From: Centroscyllium fabricii
Taxonomy: Eukaryota
DNA length: 64,000 nt
Direction: 5' to 3'
Assembly: GCA_051313645.2 (NCBI GenBank)
Contig: JBNRSN020000005.1
Coordinates: 304,854,001 to 304,918,000 of the forward strand
Part shown: piece by piece, positions 48,449 through 61,700 of the stretch
Layout: each line of letters starts with the position of its first letter
Numbering within the stretch: position 1 is the stretch's first letter
Position numbers and translations under genes: made by a program
The notes under the pieces: generated by a model
What the model was told of the DNA's origin: nothing
The model's input: only the letters and a program-made list of their open reading frames with translations
Databases searched by the model: none

Positions 48449-49177
48449 CAGGTTGTGCACCGTTAATTCGGCATGGGCGTGACTAGGCCTGCCGGTATAC
48501 CGAAAAAAACGGGAGAATGAAGCCGGCCAGTGCACAGCCATTCAAAATGGCCGCGCGCACGTGCATAATATTGGAAATGGCCGCCGCGAAGTTTTGAAGA
48601 GCCCCGAAGAAATGTTAAATAACAACAGAAAACGTTGGAGAAACTCAGCAGGCCAGGCAGCATCGGTGGAGAGAGGAGCAGAGTTGACATTTCAGGTCGA
48701 TGACCTTTTTTCAAAACTAGAGAAGCCGGGAGGGGAGAGAGATTTTAAAGCTTGTGGGGGAATGTTTATGGATGTGACAGCTGCAGCCACGGAGCTTCTC
48801 ACTCCTCGCGCACATAGAGGGAGCAGGCCTTTTCATCCACAATGTCGGCGCGGGAAACATTTCACACTTGCATTCTCCCACAGGCTTCAGCCCAGCTTTT
48901 ACAAGGAAGCCGCTCCGTGTCCGCACCGCCGGCCGGTCAGCGCCATCTTTCTCACCCGCCCACCCGCAGCATTCTGGGAGCACAGGCACCACTTCTCTTC
49001 CGGCGGCCGTTTTGAATGATCTGCGCATGCACTCGCTGTTCGGCGCATGCGCAGATCATTCGCCGAAGCATCGATCGCGGCAGCCATTTTGCGCATGCGC
49101 AGGACAGTCGGGGCACTTTGTTCCGGAAGACTGAAGCTGCCGGCTTATCGGGTAACGGATCAATGATGCACAACCTG
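48449..49177. mobile_element. MITE (CAGGTTG family) containing a Penelope family B tail (about 48617-48750)
   Basis: TA|CAGGTTGTGCA ... TGCACAACCTG|TA; internal AATAACAACAGAAAACGTTGGAGAAACTCAGCAGGCCAGG. Confidence 0.88.
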
Positions 49178-49862
49178 TACAGTGCTGTTAAAATAAATCT
49201 TTGACAAATCTTGAAAATATTAATTTATAAATCTCTTTCTTTTGGGCTGAAGTTTTATACACATTATTACTTCATTTGGTCCGCTGTAGACCTTTTGCAT
49301 ACATTCGTAAAGAATCAAACATCGTTCTGTGATTTAAATCCTACGTTTTAAGTTTCAAAAGCACAGAATTACATATACACTACACTATGTGTGAATTGAG
49401 TGGAAATGGCTGAATATTCCAACTTATGTGGTGTGGTCAACTAGAATTCCATAATAAAAATTACTAGGTGTAATTGAAGGTAATTGCACCCTTTGGGCAT
49501 TATCAAGCCGAGAATTGCCACATAACTGCAGCGAGGTATTAAGTGCACAGTGTTGAATTCCATGTAATATTACAGAATGAACAGACTAGGCTGAATGGTT
49601 GATTAACTCCAAGCGGATAGTGATCCTGACAGTTTGTCTGCTATGATTGCATTAAGCAGCAAATGGTAAAGACTGTTATGAAGTGTGAAGGTTTTATGGT
49701 TTTTGAACAGACCCTTCCCTGGAATTAAGGACTTTACCCTTCATAAATCATAAAAAATACTTTCACTATGCAAGGCAAGAGGAGGTGTGCAGGCGAGGTA
49801 TAAACATTGTTTATCACAGAATTAAACCGCCAATTAAAAGCCATGAAGAGATGATCAAAGTA

Positions 49863-50390
49863 CAGGCTGAGCACCGGTAATCCGGCACCTGATGGTCCGG
49901 CAGCTTCGGTGGTTCGGCACGATTGGAAACCGGCGCTCTTCCATTTTGCGGAGCAGCCGCTTGGCGGCGCCACTGTTTCCCGGGAAGGGTGAGCGAGCGG
50001 CGAAGGCATCGGGCGTTTGGATTTCTGTTTTTTTAGGTTCTCTTAAGTGTTCTATCCCCGGGCTCCCTCCCGGGGAGTGTTCTACCGCGCGCTCCGGGCC
50101 CCGGGGAGTGTTCCGCGCTCCGGGCCCCGGGGAGTGTTCCATCCCCCGGGCTCCCTCCCGGGGAGTGTTCTACTGTGCGCTCCGGGCCCCGGAGAGTGTT
50201 CTATCCCTGGGCTCCCTCCCGGGGAGTGTTCTACCGTGCGCTCCGGGCCCCGGGGAGTGTTCCATCCCCCGGGCTCCCTCCCGGGGAGTGTTCTTCCACG
50301 CGCTCCCCCCGAACCTTCAGTGGTTCAGAAGTTTCATTGGTCCGGCACCGGCCTGGTCCCGAGGGTGCCGGATTAACAGTGCTCAATCTG
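49863..50390. mobile_element. MITE (CAGGTTGAG family) with an expanded alternating minisatellite
   Basis: TA-flanked TIRs; about nine GAGTGTTC units of two mostly alternating types. Confidence 0.92.
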
Positions 50391-50551
50391 TATTTGAAAG
50401 TGGGGAAATAAACATTTGTAGTAACTGAACATTTTTTTGACTGGAATAGAAACAAATCTGAATTTCTTCAGAAAGCCATACCTTTAGCCAACTCATTCGT
50501 TATTGGCTACGGACAGGTTGTCTATCCAGCATATAAAAAGGGGCTAGTCGT

Positions 50552-50712
50552 GCACAGTAGGTCAATCAGCACCTGAACGAGAAAGATAGGTTAACGTTTT
50601 GGATATAACTTTTATTGGCCATATTAACCTAACTTTTGTTAACAGCTGCTGATTGACCAGCTGTGTATTTCCAGTGTTTTCTGTTTAATTTCTGAGTTCC
50701 AGCATTTGTGTT
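50552..50712. mobile_element. Decayed Penelope-type fold-back terminus
   Basis: GGTCAATCAGCA..AGGTTAA versus TTAACCT..TGCTGATTGACC, then a GTATTTCCAGTGTTTTCTGTTT..TTCCAGCAT tail. Confidence 0.5.
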
Positions 50713-51801
50713 TTTTTTTTTTGATCCCTAGTACATAAATTGAAGCATTTTTTTCCTACATCATAATTTTCTCACTGCTCTTAAATGCTTCTTTCTTTCT
50801 GCATACTTTGATATCACTTTGTGACTTAAAGTCTATGTAAAAAGGATTTAAACACGATTTATAAAAAAAAGCAATCTGGGACTGCATTCCGTTCCTGCAT
50901 TTCTGCGTGATTACTATCTTGCACTATCTTGCTGTGTAATTGTGCAGTCCGTAAGCTGGTATGTTGTGGTTTCTGTTCTATCAAATGTTAATGTATTTAT
51001 TTCTTTAATGCAAACTATTTGGTTTGTGGATTAACTTGTTTAACACAAGTATTTGTTGTATTATTAAATAAAGTCTGATTCACTTCTCTTTTTAAAAAGA
51101 CCTGTGAAGATGACATTTCCTCATTACTTTGCTCACTAGGATAGGTAGGGTCTTCATCACACGTAATCTCCTTTACACGAAAACCAGGTGTCACGGAGTC
51201 CCATATAGCGCTTGTTAATGCTGAAATAAAATGGGCAGTATTTTTACCATCCCGCACTAAATACCGGTACTATAATTTGCCGGCTTTTATATTTTAAAGC
51301 AAAGCTTAACATTTCCTCTGCATTCAACAACAGCTCTTGTAAAAAATTGTTAAAACAAGTTTTAAAAAAAAATCCACCATTAACCATGACATTAAAATAC
51401 CTCAAGTACTCCTGAACGGGTCAGTGCATAAATGTGACTGAGCAGTATTCAATTGGAAGTTTCCAAGCATGATCCTTGGCTTAAGTTAGCCAGGGCTGAC
51501 ACGGGAAGTACGTGTTAAGGAATGTCTGGTGAGGACAGTACAGGGCTCACTGTGATGCCCTGAATGGTCAATTTGCTCGCCAGTGTTCACGGTCTTGGTT
51601 CACACATCAAGAATGGACACTGCACCAAGGTACTGGAATGCTGTGATGTCTATGGATTAGGGCCTTCAGATTATTAGTACACCATTCTTTCACTTCTAGG
51701 TTTTGAATTCAGTCGCACTGATGGGTGGAAGTTTTTGGAGGATTGGGGTTTTGCCAGTTTGTGGGGGTAGAATAGAAGCAAGCTAATCTTAATATACAAT
51801 A

Positions 51802-52171
51802 CAGGTTGAGCACCGGTGATCCGGCACCCTCTGGACCAGGCCGGTGCCGGACCAGTGAAAATTCCAAACCACTGAAGGTTCGGGGGGGTGGGGGGGCGCA
51901 CGGTAGAACACTCCCCGGGGCCAGGAGCGCGTGGGTACAACACTTCCCGGGAGGGAGCCCAGGGATAGAGCACTTATAAAACCTAAAAAAAACCAGAAAC
52001 CCCAAAAAACCAGAAACCCAAACGCCCGACGCCTTCGGCGCTCGCTCACCCTTCGCGGGAAACGGTGCCACCGAGCGGCTGCTCCACAAAATGAAGAGCG
52101 GCGGTTTCCAATCGTGCCGGACCACTGAAGATGCCGGACCATCAGGTGCCGGAATACCGGTGCTCAACCTG
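51802..52171. mobile_element. MITE (CAGGTTGAG family, GAGTGTTCTA subfamily)
   Basis: TA|CAGGTTGAGCACCGGT ... ACCGGTGCTCAACCTG|TA. Confidence 0.92.
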
Positions 52172-52209
52172 TAGTAGGTGCTCAAAATGAAAAACAAAAC
52201 TTATCCCAG

Positions 52210-52715
52210 TTCTAATTTTGTGCACTCTACTTTACTTTAGGAAGGATGTTGGGGTCATGGAGAGGGTGCAGAAGACATTCCGAAGATGATATGGGGGTGA
52301 AAAGCTTTAGTTATCAGGAGAGATTAGAAAAACTGGGGCTCCTCTCACCAAGAACAGAGAAAGTTGAGAGGAAATCTGAGAGGTGTTTAAAATTACGTGG
52401 GGGTTTGCTAAGTAAATAAGGAAAAGCTATATTTCCACTGGTCATTGAGTCCTAACTAGAAGCTGTTAAGATCATCAAAAAGAACAAAAGGAGAATTTGG
52501 AAGATTAAAAATATATATATAGCGGGCTCTTAGGACATGGAGCGCCCGACCAGGAAGCAGAATCCATGAAAGCTTTTGAAAGGGAAGTGGATGGATATTT
52601 GTGGGGGGGGGGGGGGGGGGGGGGGGGGAATAAATGGTTTGAGGCAGTGCAGCCACAATGGGCAAAATAATGTCCTATTCTTTAAAACTCTTGGTTGGTT
52701 GTATGGTACCTTATG
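52210..52715 (+). mobile_element. Old CR1 3' remnant
   Basis: TTTAGGAAGGATGT..GGAGAGGGTGCAGAAGA..GAGAGATTAGAAAAACTGGGGCT (FRKD..ERVQ..ERLEKLGL). Confidence 0.7.
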
Positions 52716-55700
52716 AATGTACAAAATAGGGATGGAAATTCACAGTAGCCCCAGGCTATTAAAATGAGAGTTATACTGCGACATTACAAGTTTTGGAAGC
52801 CCCGGTTGCTTTCAACTTTACTGTGCGCAGATTCTGCTTGTGACAATGAGTGTTTCCCCACATAGTCAGGATGTCAGATGTCTTAACACTGTCCATTTAA
52901 GCAAATCGTGCGGCGTTGCTACTGCCTTTCAACGTAAAGTAGATTTGAGGAGGAGAATGTCTGCACTATTCATGCATATTCAAAAAGATGCAGGTTGGCA
53001 ATGTTTTAGTGGCCTACCAAATTTGTTGTTCCTTTGGCTAATAGAAAAGTAGGATTTCTTTTCATGGAAGATTAGAAGTGCATTTTGAACATTGAATAGT
53101 TTGTTTTAGGAGGTGGCTAATGACTCTTCCTTAAGTATGTTTTGTCCGGCGTATTAATCTTTTTTGTTTGCGTTCTAAAAGAGACATTGACCTGAATATT
53201 TAACGTTGTAGTATTTTTGCTGATGCTTAGACCAACCGCGGCCGAGGTAATGATGTGTACCTGGAAGGGCGTCTCAGCTGTACCGTATTAGCAGCTGCTT
53301 AACAGCTCTATCTATAATATTGCATTGTTCTGCAATTTTCTGTCATGCAGTGCTGTACCATATCTAGTGATGGTTATCCATCAGTCTCTGGTGGCTGTAA
53401 TAAAGACAAATTGAATTAATAATTGCTAGTTAAATGTCAAAATGATTAAGGCAAGCAGTCTGAATTCCTCAAGTGTAATTCAGTGCTTTCAGAAGTGTGC
53501 AGCCTATAACATTATTGTGGTATAAATGGAATCGGCATTAATGTGGGGTTTTTCTTACTATTTTCCCTGCACAACAAATAATGACAGCACATATACAACT
53601 CAATAAAAATTGCATCGATTTTATTAAATAAAACTGTGTCGGAATGTACTTGTATGATTTACTGGGGAGGAGAATGTGATTAAGAATAACTAGTAGTGGT
53701 TGTGCATTTAAATTGCCCTGCAGGTTTGAAATGTAAATACTTTAGTGAAGCATAAAATATTGTAGAAATAAGTTCTACAGCGGTATATAAAAGATATTCT
53801 GCTAGATGTTTCTTGTAAGTGGTACCCAAAACTTACAAAACATTGATTGAATCCTCTCCGTAGTTTCCTTAAACCATATCTTCACACAGAGTACAAATGT
53901 TAATGAAAACTGTACGTAGGACGGTGTTTAATTATACATTGTTGCATAATCTGAGAGGCAGCTGTATAAACGACAGAAACAAAAGAAAAATCCAGATTCA
54001 TGTATAGTAGGCAACAAGCTGTTAAAAATTTGTATCAAAAAGGCCAAGTGGCGTGAGGTCTCAGCTGATCAATTATACTTAATTTTGGATGTCAAAAACA
54101 CAACGGCGCTCCAAATGACAGTGTTACGATAGGAATGCTAGTTTTTTTTAAAATCCCAAGCAGCGAGACTGGACAGGGTAGGTTGTAGGTGCTATCGGCC
54201 TGATTAAACTGAGTATGGGGTTTTTACAAGAATAAAAATGATCTTGTAATGAAGGCTGAAGTATAGGGGCCACTTAAGCAAGGGGAGGGTTTTCTTTGTA
54301 AATAATAGATCAAGAGCACCAACGCTCTCGCCTAATGGATTCGTGTGCGGCATCAGTTTCAAGGACAGATCATGGTGCAGAACCACAACCGCAAATGCCG
54401 GTAATCAGCAGCTTGTGGTTACTGTTTTGCTGCTTTTGGTCAATGAACATTTTGCTATTTACACAACAATAAAAAATATTTGGGTTCGTTATTCCAAATA
54501 AGGATGTAAATTGTCAGGAAAAATAGCAACATCTCTGTACAGAACATTGGATTTTGACTTCAACAGTGCCAAAGAATAGCCCTGAATAAATAGGTTTAGA
54601 AATTTTAAAACGTTAGACTTAACAAAAAAAACATGTCAAATTGAAAACTTTGGTGTTTAGCATTGCGTAGTGTGACTCTGATGATTAGTAATATTTTAGA
54701 ATTCTATGCAGTGGTGGGTGAGCTGTAAGATGCTGCAGATAGGGAATTTTTAGTGTAGATAGCTAGATATTAAAGTGCTGGAAAATCTTTGAAGATTCTT
54801 TCTATCCCCCCCCCCCCCCCCAAATCGCCTCCAAATATATTCAGACTGATTATTGTCCAGGATGTTCTGAGGCAATGCTTGAAAGTACTTGGAGCTCCTT
54901 CAGCCACTATTTCTGGAACATGCTAATTTTTTAGGTGCCACAGAACATTCGGGCAGTTATAAAACATTGACTGCATTACCCAGCAGCGCTATTGGTTTTA
55001 AATATGTCTGAACCTCCAAACATCACCCACTTAAGCCACTTGTGCAGTGAATTTTTCTGCACCTTGCAGTGTCCAGATGTGTGTTCAACCACTTAAAAGG
55101 CTACAAGAATTGTGAAATTCTAATGCAGATTCTTACAAACTGAAAGTAACACCCAGACAGTTGCTAAATAAATTGAAATGGTTTTAAGTGTGTTGTATTT
55201 TACGTGAACATGTACTTTTAGAGATGTCAGTTAAGATGTGGGTCATCTTACATTAGTAGCTTATTCTTTTTGTGACCCCCCCTAACTATGTAATGATTTA
55301 TGTATCATCACTATTCTTACCTTTTGTAATTATAGATACATTTACAACTGAAATTTTATTTGTGAAGGCTAGGTAACCTTACAAAAACAGTTAACACATA
55401 CTACAGGGGTATTTTCCTTTACTGGTCTTGTTTTAGAATGATTTATAAGCTGACACTAAAATTGTACACGAAGAGTCCTAGATCCAGTGAAACACTGAAT
55501 AAATTGTACTTCTTTGACTCTTAATTACATGCAGCTTGCAGAAGTCTTTAAAAGCAGAACTGCACTTTTGGTGGCAATCTTGACCACGATTGCTGGAATG
55601 AATGTAATCATCCTCATTACACTTTTATTGTCAACTTCATCATTAAGTTAAGACATTTCTTCTTTCGCTTTCTCATCTCACCCCCTTTATAAACAGAAAA

Positions 55701-58700
55701 CATCGAAGCACCAAGGTTAGGTCCTAGCATGCACCAAAAGAAATGATTACAATGTCAATGGAATGTGTTTACAAGAGCTTTTGCGGTAGGAATCGAGCAC
55801 CCTATCTGCCACCACCTTATATTTTGAGAAGAAAAATGTATATTTGCAAGTCAATGTTATCTGATACTAAATATAAATTCTTAATTATAATTTACAATAT
55901 GTATTCGGTTACAACTAGATAAATCAATATATTTGTAGAAATGATCGAGACACGAATTTCATCAAGACTTGCCACTGCCATCCAAGTCTAGATGCAGAGA
56001 GCACTGTATTAGCTGTGTCTCGTCGTATTACCGATCTTCAGCATTATGGCAGGTATTGTTCGGTGCTGGAAAGCAGAATCTTGACAGCTAATTGATAATC
56101 ATGCCATCAGCTGTTTAGACATTTTTCCTTTGTGACATTGGAAAAAAGACAGGAAAGAGAATAGGAAGCTCGTAAATAATGTCAAAAGATCAAGAAATCA
56201 ATGGCCAGAGGAAAGTGATCTGTTTATTTGGTGTAGCTGCTCTTTTCTGTTCACATTAATTCCGAGCAGTCGTCTTCAGCAGTCACTAAATTTGCTTTTA
56301 TTCACTCCCTAGGAGATGTAATACAAGCATGAAAGCCTTCTCATAAAGCAGGCACATCAGCAGAAATGGCTTTTACTTAAGTATTGTAAAACAAGGTTTG
56401 CCACGATACACTTTCAGCTACATGTCAGTTATCTAGTGAAACAAAGTCTGCTGAACAAAGCAATTAAGTTCGTAATTTGTGTCTTCATTTTGATGGATGA
56501 ATGGATCTTTCTTGTAACTTAAATTTAGGAAAGTTGGGTCAATAAAGTGTAGAAACATTGGAGTAAGTCCGGATGGTCACATTTATTTCAGGTTTCTATT
56601 TGTAACGCGATGCGTTCTGAATACTGTTGAACCCCTTCTAATTCCAACTTCTCTCCCAAGTTGCATTGTGTAAACCTAAAACTAGGTAACATTTCTTCAT
56701 GTTGCATTTGGAAATGGCGCTGCAGATATAGGATTAAAATACAAACAATTTCTGGACATTTCTAGATGATAAATTTAATTTTCTTTGCTATTTGGAAGCC
56801 TCCTTTGAAAATGAATTGGTAATGAATGCATTCAGTACTGCAGAATAGATTTACCCTCTGTTTCAAATAGTTGACGTTATCGGGCTCTGTCATTTGTTCC
56901 TTCCTATTTTCTAGCTGCTAATTGATGTTTTTGATGTTGGCAAGAAAATTGAAGAAAATGTCATGTGTGAACCAGAGCGGAAGTTAATAAGATTGACTTC
57001 GTTGACGGAATATACAATGAGCGAAGAGACCGCATAATGGGACCGCTGCGAATTTGTGTCCTCTCTTTAGAGCTGAAAATTGACACCTCACGCTAGGCTG
57101 CAGTCGATAACGAAAGATGGAACATTTGCGAAGATTCTTAATCTCGTCTTTTCATTTTTTCCCCCCTTTGCTTTGCTGTGCAGAGCTTATTTGGTCGCGT
57201 AAGCAGCTGTGTATCCAGAGGGCCACTGCCCTGACCAGCGAAAGCCAGGAGCTCAGTCTCCCAGGGCTGACCAACAATGCCTATTTTTAATGCTGTTTTG
57301 AGTTTGAAAGCAAAGAGTCTTAAAAAGGTTAGATTAAGATGTGTCTTAAAGAGAGGTATACTCATATCAAGCAGGGTCACTGCATATCCTTTGATGAATT
57401 GAAAAAAAGCTCAAACTTTAATCCTACAGAATGAAACAAGTAGCAACATGGCGTCTACTTGAGTTCTTTGTTTTAAAACTGGCCAAAAGCCGAGAATATT
57501 TTAAATTTTCCTCACTTAAAACAGAATGCTTCCAGCCGCGCTCATTGCATTGATATAGTATCCTGCATATAAATTTAGAGCGATCAGAATCTATTGTTCA
57601 CATAATTTTGAAACGATGGAAGAATGCTTAATGGAATTGTGCGTTTAATTACCAAATGGATTAGTTGGGCGAGGCTCGCTGTTTCTGTTTTCTTGGTCTT
57701 TGGGGAAATGCGCTAAAGTCTTAAGACAGCCAATACCCCCTAAGCGCTTTTTTTTTTTTGAAGCCGCTGCACAAAACGTGGCCTCGGCTAGTGCTTGTCT
57801 CCCAAGGATATTCGCTGAGCGACATTATTCAGAGGATAGCCAATTAATTCCGCAGGCTATGATCAGTTAGGGCTTCCTTTCACTTTCTGCCATTTGAAAT
57901 GCTAACACGATGAAAATTTTTCTATTGGTATATGTCCCTGGGCAAAGCCTCCGCCGCAGGCTGCAAAAAAGAACCTGAGAATTTCATTGACTGATGAGAG
58001 CAAGAAAGGTTGCAATACGTGATTTGCAAGCCAAGTGTTTTTGACTCGCTTAACAAACTAGACCACCTAAAAATAAATATATATATAAAAATATATGCAT
58101 TTAGCGGCATTTACATTCAAATTCCTAATTTCCGTAATTCATTTTGTGGAACTCAACAATGTATTTGGTGTAGATCTGGCCGTCCATATTCTATAATGTT
58201 TATGGTACCATACTGCAAAATAGTTCATGAACATCTTATTGGCTGAAGAACTGACTTGATATTTCAGATGCTGAATTATTGAACCTGGAAAAAACATTCC
58301 TTGGCCAAAAATGACTTCATCATCTGTACTCTTGTTATATTATGAAATCTAGGTTCCGTTTGGGGTTAAAGCGAAGAGAATCCATGAGCATAATGATATG
58401 CACAATTAATTGGTTTATTAGAAATGGATAATTTTCACCGTTTTGTAATGCTCCGAGTTTCTGGTAAATTGGCTGAGGAGCTGTGTTCAGCATACTGTAT
58501 ATAACCATTTCTGAGAAAAGGGAGCCAGGTGATGATTGCAGAATGACAAGTTGTACTGCAGTAGAAATCAGACTGCTCTTCCAAATTGTTAGCAAAAGAT
58601 GCTGCCTGAGATCGGTATCTAGCTCTTTAGCTGTCTGCAAAGAGTAACACAGGTGGCTCCCTATGGCTGACTTTTCCTGACAAGATGCCATTAGAAATAC

Positions 58701-61700
58701 CAGTCCCGTTGATCAATTCAGTCGACATGACAGATTTGCCGTAAGGCCTAGCTCTTTGAGTACGGGCACTCTGTTTTTTCCCCTTTTTCTTTGCACTAAT
58801 TGGTGAAAAGGATCTCTGTGCTGGTGGCCCAGGAAACTTTCTGAACACATCTTATTGGAGTGTTGACTTCATTAGAATTGTAAGTGGGACCCCAGTAGCT
58901 AGTACAAAAACTTAATTTGTTCCTGAATTGCATTGTAGATGATTTCATTAGTGAACAGTGTTTTGGTGAGAACTGTCTGAAAGAGAGAACCTATTTTGTA
59001 GCAAATTTGCATGAACCTTTTCTAGGTTTTGATGGTAAAATCATGACAGCGGCCCTTGCAATTGATGATTTTTTTTGTTTACAGTAACATGCTATTTCTC
59101 ATAATTAAGCTCTGTGCTTACATAAATTGTCACTTTTGCTGAATACATTTAACAATAAATGCAACCCTTCAAAAATACAAATATTTGCATCCACTCCTAG
59201 TGTTAAACAATTCTCTAATAGTTAAAATTTAAAAATGTTATAGTGTAGCAGATCTTTGTAAAAAAAAAAGTAATTAATTTGCCTTTTTGCAAATTTGTCT
59301 TTTTGCAAATGTGTACAACATTTTAAATTATAATTTAAATATTTTATTTGCCAATATCTTAATTTTTCAAGTTGACATATTGTGTGTTCTGTGTAGAAGA
59401 AATAATTGTGGTTCCTAATGAATGATCTAGGGACTCATTTAAGGGCCATTTAATCATACTGAGTTTTGTATTTAATTTTTTTTGTTATTGTAAAATAATT
59501 CCCTGATGTAATGAAGCAGTTTCCTACTTGAACTTTTCAATGCCTTTGTTGCTTTTCTAACAACCAGTACTGCTAGTTATCATAGCATTGTGTTCCTTTA
59601 GCCTTTTGGCTACTTTATAAAATCTACTGTGTTTATTAAAAAAATGAGTAGCTTTGAATAATAGTTATAGATTCTGTGCTTGTATATCTGTTCAATAAAT
59701 CCATAAAATAATTTATGAATTTACTTATTTACGGTGTTTTGCTGTAAATATTAATGGTCAATCCTTCAAGTCAGGATTTCAGTATGACTGCGCAAATTAG
59801 TCATCTCTTTAATGATAAAATAGTGAATGTAGAAATGGCAAGAACTGTGTACACTGCTTGCATTGAAAATTCCTGAGTCCTGCAGTGCAGACAGCAATAA
59901 AGGTGAAATTGGTTTTTGTTTGGCATGTTTAAATAAATGATGCTGTTTGTCTGAACAGATTAAGATATTGGTTTAGAATTAGTTGTTTGCTAAAATATGC
60001 ACTATTAACATTATCAAGCTGTCTATTGGTAAAAAAAATCAGACCTGACGAGTGTGAAGAGTAGCACATCGAGAATTGGGCTTTAAACCCTCTGCGGATC
60101 GTAACAAGGATCAAAGAAACTTGTTTTATGTGTCTGTGTGAGACTTTGAAGTCTTCACTGCACCTACAGCACTGATTTCATCAAGTTCACTAGTGTCTTA
60201 ATAGCAGATCAATAACTTTCAAAGTCAGTGAGTTAATTTGATACTAGGGCTGATGTGATCGTGCTGTGTAAGTAGAGGTAGCGGGAGCTGCCTGCCGTAA
60301 ATGTTCTGTCAGGCAATTGCTTTCTACACCCTTGGATAGATCGAAAGCTTCAAATCTGACAGTTTTCACAAGCATCCTCCATTTTCTCTTTTCCTCTCTT
60401 TCCCCCGTCTTAAGAACGCGCGGCATAAAAGTAATTTACACAAAGACCGGTAAAACAAAAAAAAATAACCACCAATAGATTGTTCGAAATGTATCAGGAC
60501 GGACGTACTCCTGAAACTGAACGGTACAAGTAACAGGCTAGAAAAAAGTGGGCGCATTTTCATGTTTGCGGTGTTTATTTCAAATTGGAGAGGGCAAAGA
60601 GAATCGAATGAAACAAAAAGGGACCGGGCGCAAGGGGGTGGGGGTGGGGGGGGGGAAATCTTCAAGCTGAAAGAAGCGTTTTCAGGAGATTTACCATCTG
60701 CATATGGAGCTCCAGGGTTGTTGCAGCGAGGTCAGACTGGCTCACCAGAGGACAAAACTCCAATTTAGAATGTTCATCTAAGGATTGCTAATAGTATTAG
60801 GAACAGCCAGGGTGGTGGTCAGTGAGAGCGGTAGATTAGCTCGGCAGCCATAGTCGCTTGACCCAGACCCCCTCGTTTCACTGGTCAGATGGCATTAACT
60901 GTCGCATCTGTCAGTTTTCTCCTCTTTCTAAATTTTCCTCCTCCTCCTCCCCAGCCTTAAATCACCTCTTAAATAAAATAGCTTTAAAAGGTTTAACATT
61001 GTAGAGAAAGGAAAATGAGCCCCGTGAGCGAGGGGATAAGACCAGTTCTACGCTTACCCACTTTTGGTGCACCGGGGATTATTCCTGAAGGGTGGCTGAG
61101 AAATTAAACATTTTAGGTTTGCAATTCAAATGACTATAGTCCAAACTTCCTTTGTGCTTTAAAATTGCATCGGAACTTTCCGTTGTCTCCCATTATGAAA
61201 CCAGTATGAGCGGCGAGGCCAATTTCTGTAGCCGGTTTAAAAAATAAAAAAAATCTTGTGCAAATTTGACCAAAATCCAGGGAGCAAAAGCTTGCGGGAG
61301 GTGGCGAGAAAGTAAATAACGCGTAACGGCAAAAGTTGTTTACTGTGCGTTTATGGTTCTGTTACTTGAGATCAAGACAGGTAGCACGACTTTACACACA
61401 GGGAATTTTAGTGATATTTAGCTGCAAATAAAAGGCAACTAAAGAAATGTAGTTGAACTAAGTTGCCTTTTGTTGTCTATGTTCACGACTTTTGCAAATT
61501 CCCACGGAAACTGTCAGCGTTAAAGTAACTCTAAGGTTTCTAAATATGTTTTAACTTGGCCTTTTATACCTTCAAAATAATTTTTCGTAACCTATATTCT
61601 GGTTGTAGTAAAGTCTGCACAGAAAGTCTATTCGGCGTTTTATATTTTTTTGGTAAGTATTTTTAGCAACATGGTTTATGCAAATGCAATTGAGAGAATA

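Noticed and set aside
52603-52628. Long poly-G run (and other G/C homopolymers) as functional G-quadruplexes
   Set aside because: Simple homopolymers, here inside a decayed CR1; run length is unreliable and there is no evidence of function.
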